Below are positions 58,380-64,000 of a DNA stretch of 64,000 nt, piece by piece. How positions within the stretch are numbered: position 1 is the first letter of the stretch; every line of letters starts with the position of its first letter. Position numbers and translations under genes: made by a program. The notes beneath the pieces were generated by a model, which searched no databases, was not told the origin of the DNA, and saw nothing but the letters and a program-made list of their open reading frames with translations. The DNA is from Eledone cirrhosa (taxonomy: Eukaryota): assembly GCA_964016885.1 (NCBI GenBank), contig OZ024745.1:58156001-58220000 (forward strand), in the 5' to 3' direction.

Positions 58380-60451
58380 TTTTTTAATGCTTGTACATAT
58401 AATTGACCTCCAAATCCAACGCAAGAGACATACAGATACATATATATATATTGATGTACAGTGGAGTGACATATATTATACTATACTATATTTGTATAGC
58501 AATTCAAATTTAAAATCAAAATTAAAATACATGCGGCAGATAACACAGATAATGCAAGGGGATAGTCCGATAATCAGATCTAGTAGATAGTGTATGCGTT
58601 AGTCATACATGGAGCATGCAAGTGTGTCTCATTTATATACGAGTATTGTGTGGCAAGGTATTACATGTAGTACAAGCACTTTAAACGGGTAAGCAAGAGT
58701 ATTATGGTGGTTGTAGGGTATTTTTTGTATAGATCAAAAAAGTATGTGTGCAGAAAAAGAAAAAAGAAAAAGAAAAAGAAAAAGAAAAAGAAAAAGAAAA
58801 AGAAAAAGAAAGTTATAGTTTTCGCATCCACCACCATTTTCACATTCAGAAAAAGGAAGTTATAGTTTTCACATCCATCACATATGTTACGAGGAATTCG
58901 TATTGAATGTTTGATGTAGTAAATGGTTGTAACGTATTGAGGCTCAGTGTTATTTAATCCATATTTATAGAATAGGTTCTTTCTGCTGCAAGAATTTACA
59001 GCGGTTTATTATCCGGAAGTAGGTGTGTAATTAAGTGGAGTTAATGGGGAGGTAACTAGCTGATTCTCATAACTAAATTCATTGTTCTAACATACATTAT
59101 ATGGTGCCTCAATTGAGTCCCTTATATATATTTATATTTAATTTTAAATACAGTCTACTCTATCATATTGTATTAAAGGTATATATAGGAAGTTGATTAC
59201 TCCTTATTATATAGCGCTATAATTGAATTTCCCAAACAAAGTGCTATATCGTTATATCAAAATTCACTGTAAATACAGTCTACTCTCAAAACATATCAAA
59301 GGACCAATTAGAATTTTGTCTACTTAACCCTTGGTAAGCTATGGAGCAGCGTACGGCTCTTTGCATGAAAAAATTAAATAGATTAAATACATTACAATGT
59401 CATTAATCTATCCATTAAGTTATACATGCATATATAATTCATATATAATTCATTGCACCACACTACATATAAGTTAGACAGATCCCTTATGTTAATAAAT
59501 TAATCCTATATATATCTAATGTTATTACTCTATACATTTAATTACAAATGCATATATAATTCATTGTTGTATCTAGTATTTAAAGTTTATATGAACTGTA
59601 TTATATTTCAGTCCGTATATAATTATAAGTAATTAAAAGTAATTATATTAAAAGTTGGTGTTTATGGGGATATTTCTAGGGTATCAAGTTATAGATAGAT
59701 AGAATGATTTGTGTCGAGGAAAGGGTGGATCAGAGACTGTGGTGTAGTGGTGGAAGGCAAGCCCTTGAGGTGCGGTGTTAGAAGCGGTGATGAGTTCAAG
59801 TCTGACATTGTTATATATTAGGTTTAAAGCTTTGGATTATATATTAGGTTTAAAGCTTTGGATTAAATAACACTGAGCCTCAATACGTTACAACCATTTA
59901 CTACATCAAACATTCAATACGAATTCATCGTAACATATGTGATGGATGTGAAAACTATAACTTCCTTTTTCTGAATGTGAAAATGGTGGTGGATGCGAAA
60001 ACTATAACTTTCTTTTTCTTTTTCTTTTTCTTTTTCTTTTTCTTTTTCTTTTTCTTTTTCTTTTTCTTTTTTCTTTTTCTGCACACATACTTTTTTGATC
60101 TATACAAAAAATACCCTACAACCACCATAATACGCTTGCTTATCCGCTTAAAGTGCTTGTATTACATGTAATACCTTGCCACACAATACTCGTATATAAA
60201 TGAGACACACTTGCATGCTCCATGTATGACTAACGCATACACTATCTACTATATCTGTTTATCGGACTATCCTCTTGCATTATCTGTGTTATCTGCCGCA
60301 TGTATTTTAATTTTGATTTTAAATTTGAATTGCTATACAAATATAATATAGTATAATATATGTCAATCCACTGTTCATCAATATATATATATGTATATGT
60401 ATGTCTCTTGCGTTGGATAGGAGGTCAATTATATGTACAAGCATTAAAAAA

Positions 60452-60498
60452 TGCTCCGAAGATTCCAAACCTAGGTTTGGATGAAACAATTGTAAGTG
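60452..60498 (+). ncRNA. Hammerhead motif (family F), U4-to-C variant
   Basis: TGCT CCGAAGA T TCCAAAC CTAG GTTTGGA T GAAA CAATTG TA AGTG. Confidence 0.72.
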
Positions 60499-60670
60499 AA
60501 TAAATGCTTTGAACATAGCTTTGATTCTTGTGAATTCTATATAACTGCTCTGTAGAACAACTGATGTTCTTACATTGAGCTAGTAATAAATGACTGACCT
60601 TACCTGTTTGTAGTTTAAAATATACATAACTATAAAAAATTTAAAATATACATAACTATAAATAGTATCC

Positions 60671-60749
<79 letters not shown>

Positions 60750-61040
60750 TTGTAATATAATGAAACGAAATTTCATTTCTCACTCTTAGTACGGCACTTA
60801 CTTAAATGTAAGTATGTATGTATACGTACATACATATATGTATACAGACGTACAGTAGCATGCATATATATATATATATATATATACATACAGGTACACA
60901 TATATATATGTACGTATCAGTTTAGCGAACGTTTATTATAACGCCCGCTTTGTTCGTTTGTAAACAAGCGAACAGCCTGATTTATGCCATACGGTGTTAA
61001 GGCAACCACGTCACCTTTTTGTTCAACACTGACACAGGAA

Positions 61041-61081
61041 CGATGTACTAGTTTCAAGCTTGTTAGCTATCATCAACACCG
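61041..61081 (-). ncRNA. Hammerhead ribozyme (family B), C3-to-U copy
   Basis: Minus strand: CGGTG TTGATGA TAGCT AACA AGCTT GAAA CTAG TA CATCG. Confidence 0.75.
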
Positions 61082-61317
61082 TATACCCTTCTGCCAGATA
61101 GTTGAACGTTCGAAAGTATATACTTTCCTTATGAAAATTAACGGCTGAGCAGCCTAATTTGCATATCGAGTGAGTTCAGTCGGCCAGGCGTACCGAAAAC
61201 GATAAGCTGTAATATAATGAAACGAAATTTCATTTCTCACTCTTAGTACGGCACTTACTTAAATGTAAGTATGTATGTATACGTACATACATATATGTAT
61301 ACAGACGTACAGTAGCA

Positions 61318-61374
<57 letters not shown>

Positions 61375-61519
61375 GTACACATATATATATGTACGTATCA
61401 GTTTAGCGAACGTTTATTATAACGCCCGCTTTGTTCGTTTGTAAACGGCTGCTCAGCCGTTAATTTTCATAAGGAAAGTATATACTTTCGAACGTTCAAC
61501 TATCTGGCAGAAGGGTATA

Positions 61520-61560
61520 CGGTGCTGATGATAGCTAACAAGCTTGAAACTAGTACATCG
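61520..61560 (+). ncRNA. Minimal type-I hammerhead ribozyme (family B)
   Basis: CGGTG CTGATGA T AGCT AACA AGCT T GAAA CTAG TA CATCG; intact core and 5-bp stem I. Confidence 0.88.
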
Positions 61561-61806
61561 TTCCTGGGTCAGTGTTGAACAAAAAGGTGACGTGGTTGCC
61601 TTAACACCGTATGGCATAAATCAGGCTGTCCGTGTGTTTACAAACGAACAAAGCGGGCGTTATAATAAACGTTCGCTAAACTGATACGTACATATATATA
61701 TGTGTACCTGTATGTATATATATATATATATATATATGCATGTTACTGTACGTCTGTATACATATATGTATGTACGTATACATACATACTTACATATATC
61801 TATCTA

Positions 61807-61856
<50 letters not shown>

Positions 61857-62463
61857 TAACAGATTAAAGTTTAAGCAAAGAATCACTGCTTTCACACTTA
61901 ACGGGATCTTCTGAAACTAAAAAGACAATCTGTGAACGCAGAAAATGAATCGCTGCTTTCACCCTTAACTGCTTTCACCCTTCTACCTAAAAGCAGTATG
62001 AAGTACACTAAGACTAACTGATGTAATCGTTGGCCTTGTTTGTTTATATTTTGTTTTTGTGTATGCAAAAATATCTGTCAGCGATGCATGTGATTATGTA
62101 ATCGCCAGACTGCTGTTTACATGCTTAAATTATCATATGTATGTTGTTTCTGTATGTATACACTTTTGCAGGGAGGCGGCAACGATGCCGGGGGCTGCAC
62201 GCAGTAGGTAGTACCTTGCTGCTTTGGTGCACTTTCCAGTGATGTTCACTAACTGAGGCACATTGTTTTCCACACTCCTTGCAAACAGAAATGACATACA
62301 ATGCACAATTGACAGGGTCCTTCTGATGTGGCTTCTTGGATGACTTCTAAGGCGTGCCTTACTTAGACATAACCGACCACATTTTTACAAGTTAAATCGG
62401 CCTGCATACTAAGATATTCAAGTATATGTATATGTAAGCAGATACACACGCACATACAAACAC

Positions 62464-62494
<31 letters not shown>

Positions 62495-64000
62495 GTGTGT
62501 GTGTGTACACCTCCATACACATATATATATGTGTGTGTGTGGGCATGCATATATGAATTCAATATTTTTTCTCCGTTTGCGTGTGCGTATGCATGCATAA
62601 TGAAGGAAGTTAAAGTTTGGGGACACTAACATTATTGCTATATTTTCAATATTGAAAAGATAGCTTTAATCTTTCTTCCAAATTGTTTTTTGTATGTAAA
62701 ACAAAAAGAAAAACAGTTCTCTTTGAAAATCTCGTTTCATGTTGTCAACATCTCTTTTCTAAAGAACTTCCAAAGCAATTATATGAGTTTTCACGCGATT
62801 CTTTTTGATTTTGTATTCGATTGGAATGCGATTAAATATAATGAGAGAGTAGGTGACCTACAACGTAATAATGTATCGATTTAGTTTGCCTACGTACAAG
62901 GTCATTCTTTGTTGTGGAATCATAATATTGTGTAGATCGATATTAATTTATTGTTGCAAATTGTGATTTTTTTTTTCAAATCAGAGAAACTTCGACATAT
63001 AGCAGTGAAGTAAAATGAAATACATAAAGAACCAAATCACGTCATGAACTTTTGATTATCAGCACCACGCTAGCAGTAAATTTTTTTAATGTTATTTAGC
63101 CACGCCGTTCCAACCATGACCATTCCCTTATATTTTCAAATATATTGTATATTCTTTTAAGCTTTATTTTCATCAATATTACACTTCGTATCGGGCCGTC
63201 CTTTCGTGATTACAGTAGCATGTCAATTTTTCTATGGGAATATGTCGCAAGACCCTCCTTCAACCCCAGCCCATTTCTGGAGAAAGATGTCATTTCCCAT
63301 GATTCTTCTCACGGCGCATCGTAGCCGTATCTGACAAGGAGAAAGAGTGAGACAGAATAACAGCCAACATTTTGAACTGGTATTTTAAACATCAACATTT
63401 GAAGCTTGGATGACAAATTTGATCTTCGCATGAACAACAGCTAGGACAAACTCTGTCTGATACATTACTGACTCAGCTGATTGATTCACCATTTTCATTA
63501 ATGTATCTATACCTATATTATTAGGTGTGTCTTCCTTTATTATAAGAAGCTATGAGTGAAATTTGAGTGATATTTCGTTGCTTGTTCTAGCAGTATTAGA
63601 GAGAGGCTTCTCCGTTTGCTCCGAAGATATGTAGATATGGGAGTATGTACCAGTATCTGCGGGATTACGAAGTATTGGTAGAAAAATGAATACTCATATA
63701 CGATTTTGAATCAAAAGAACCAAATGTCCTATATTAGTAAATCTAAATAAATTGTTAAACTGGTAAAAAACAAAATAAGAAGCAACTATATTATTAGATC
63801 TTTGCCGGTATTTACGAGGAATACTAAAATTGCTTTCTCCATTACTGTATATAAATTTCGGAGAAAATTTCCAGTGTCGACTACAAATTTGGGTTAATGT
63901 ATTTTAAATATGAAAATTCTTTACAACTTATCATTATTTCACGATACGCCATCAATCAAAAGCACTATTTGAAAATTACGATTTGCAAATTTAAAACGTG

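Larger units (their letters stand above)
58299..60600 (-). mobile_element. Penelope-like element: decayed ORF end flanked by inverted ~665-bp pseudo-LTRs
   Basis: 58299-58961 is inverted at 59859-60532 and each arm holds an HHR motif. The minus-strand spacer shows GIY-YIG-like remnants (TRYNNE near 59560-59580; YKYGLN at the inner arm boundary). Confidence 0.72.
60750..61795. mobile_element. Family B composite: copy, partial tandem copy and inverted copy
   Basis: 60750-60965 is repeated directly at 61208-61446; 60808-61152 is inverted at ~61443-61795. Confidence 0.85.

Noticed and set aside
63230-63345. Strong minus-strand splice-acceptor-like site (CTTTCTCCTTGTCAG)
   Set aside because: All frames stop soon after, no convincing donor was found, and no protein family was recognised.

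Overview
AT-rich, microsatellite-saturated animal DNA with no intact host gene I can support; the repeat landscape suggests a mollusc, plausibly an octopod (inference). Almost all listed ORFs are translations of (TA)n/(CA)n/(GA)n tracts. Recognisable elements are a decayed Helitron RepHel (1-1605), non-autonomous Helitron pieces, RTE-clade LINE fragments, a CRE/REL-type LINE 3' end, an internally deleted mariner, a hAT fragment and many tRNA-derived SINEs. The main signal is more than a dozen minimal type-I hammerhead ribozyme (HHR) motifs from several unrelated short repeat families. They have palindromic stem III, compensatory stem changes, and one U3-A8 core variant, and they sit in or beside (TA)n tracts, as expected of Penelope-like retroelement (PLE) tails. 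Many occur as fold-back inverted duplications whose turning point falls inside the ribozyme. Nine copies of one ~135-bp family lack the CUGANGA core and end in the putative stem II, suggesting hairpin self-priming during retrotransposition. All calls were made by eye and coordinates may be a few bases off.
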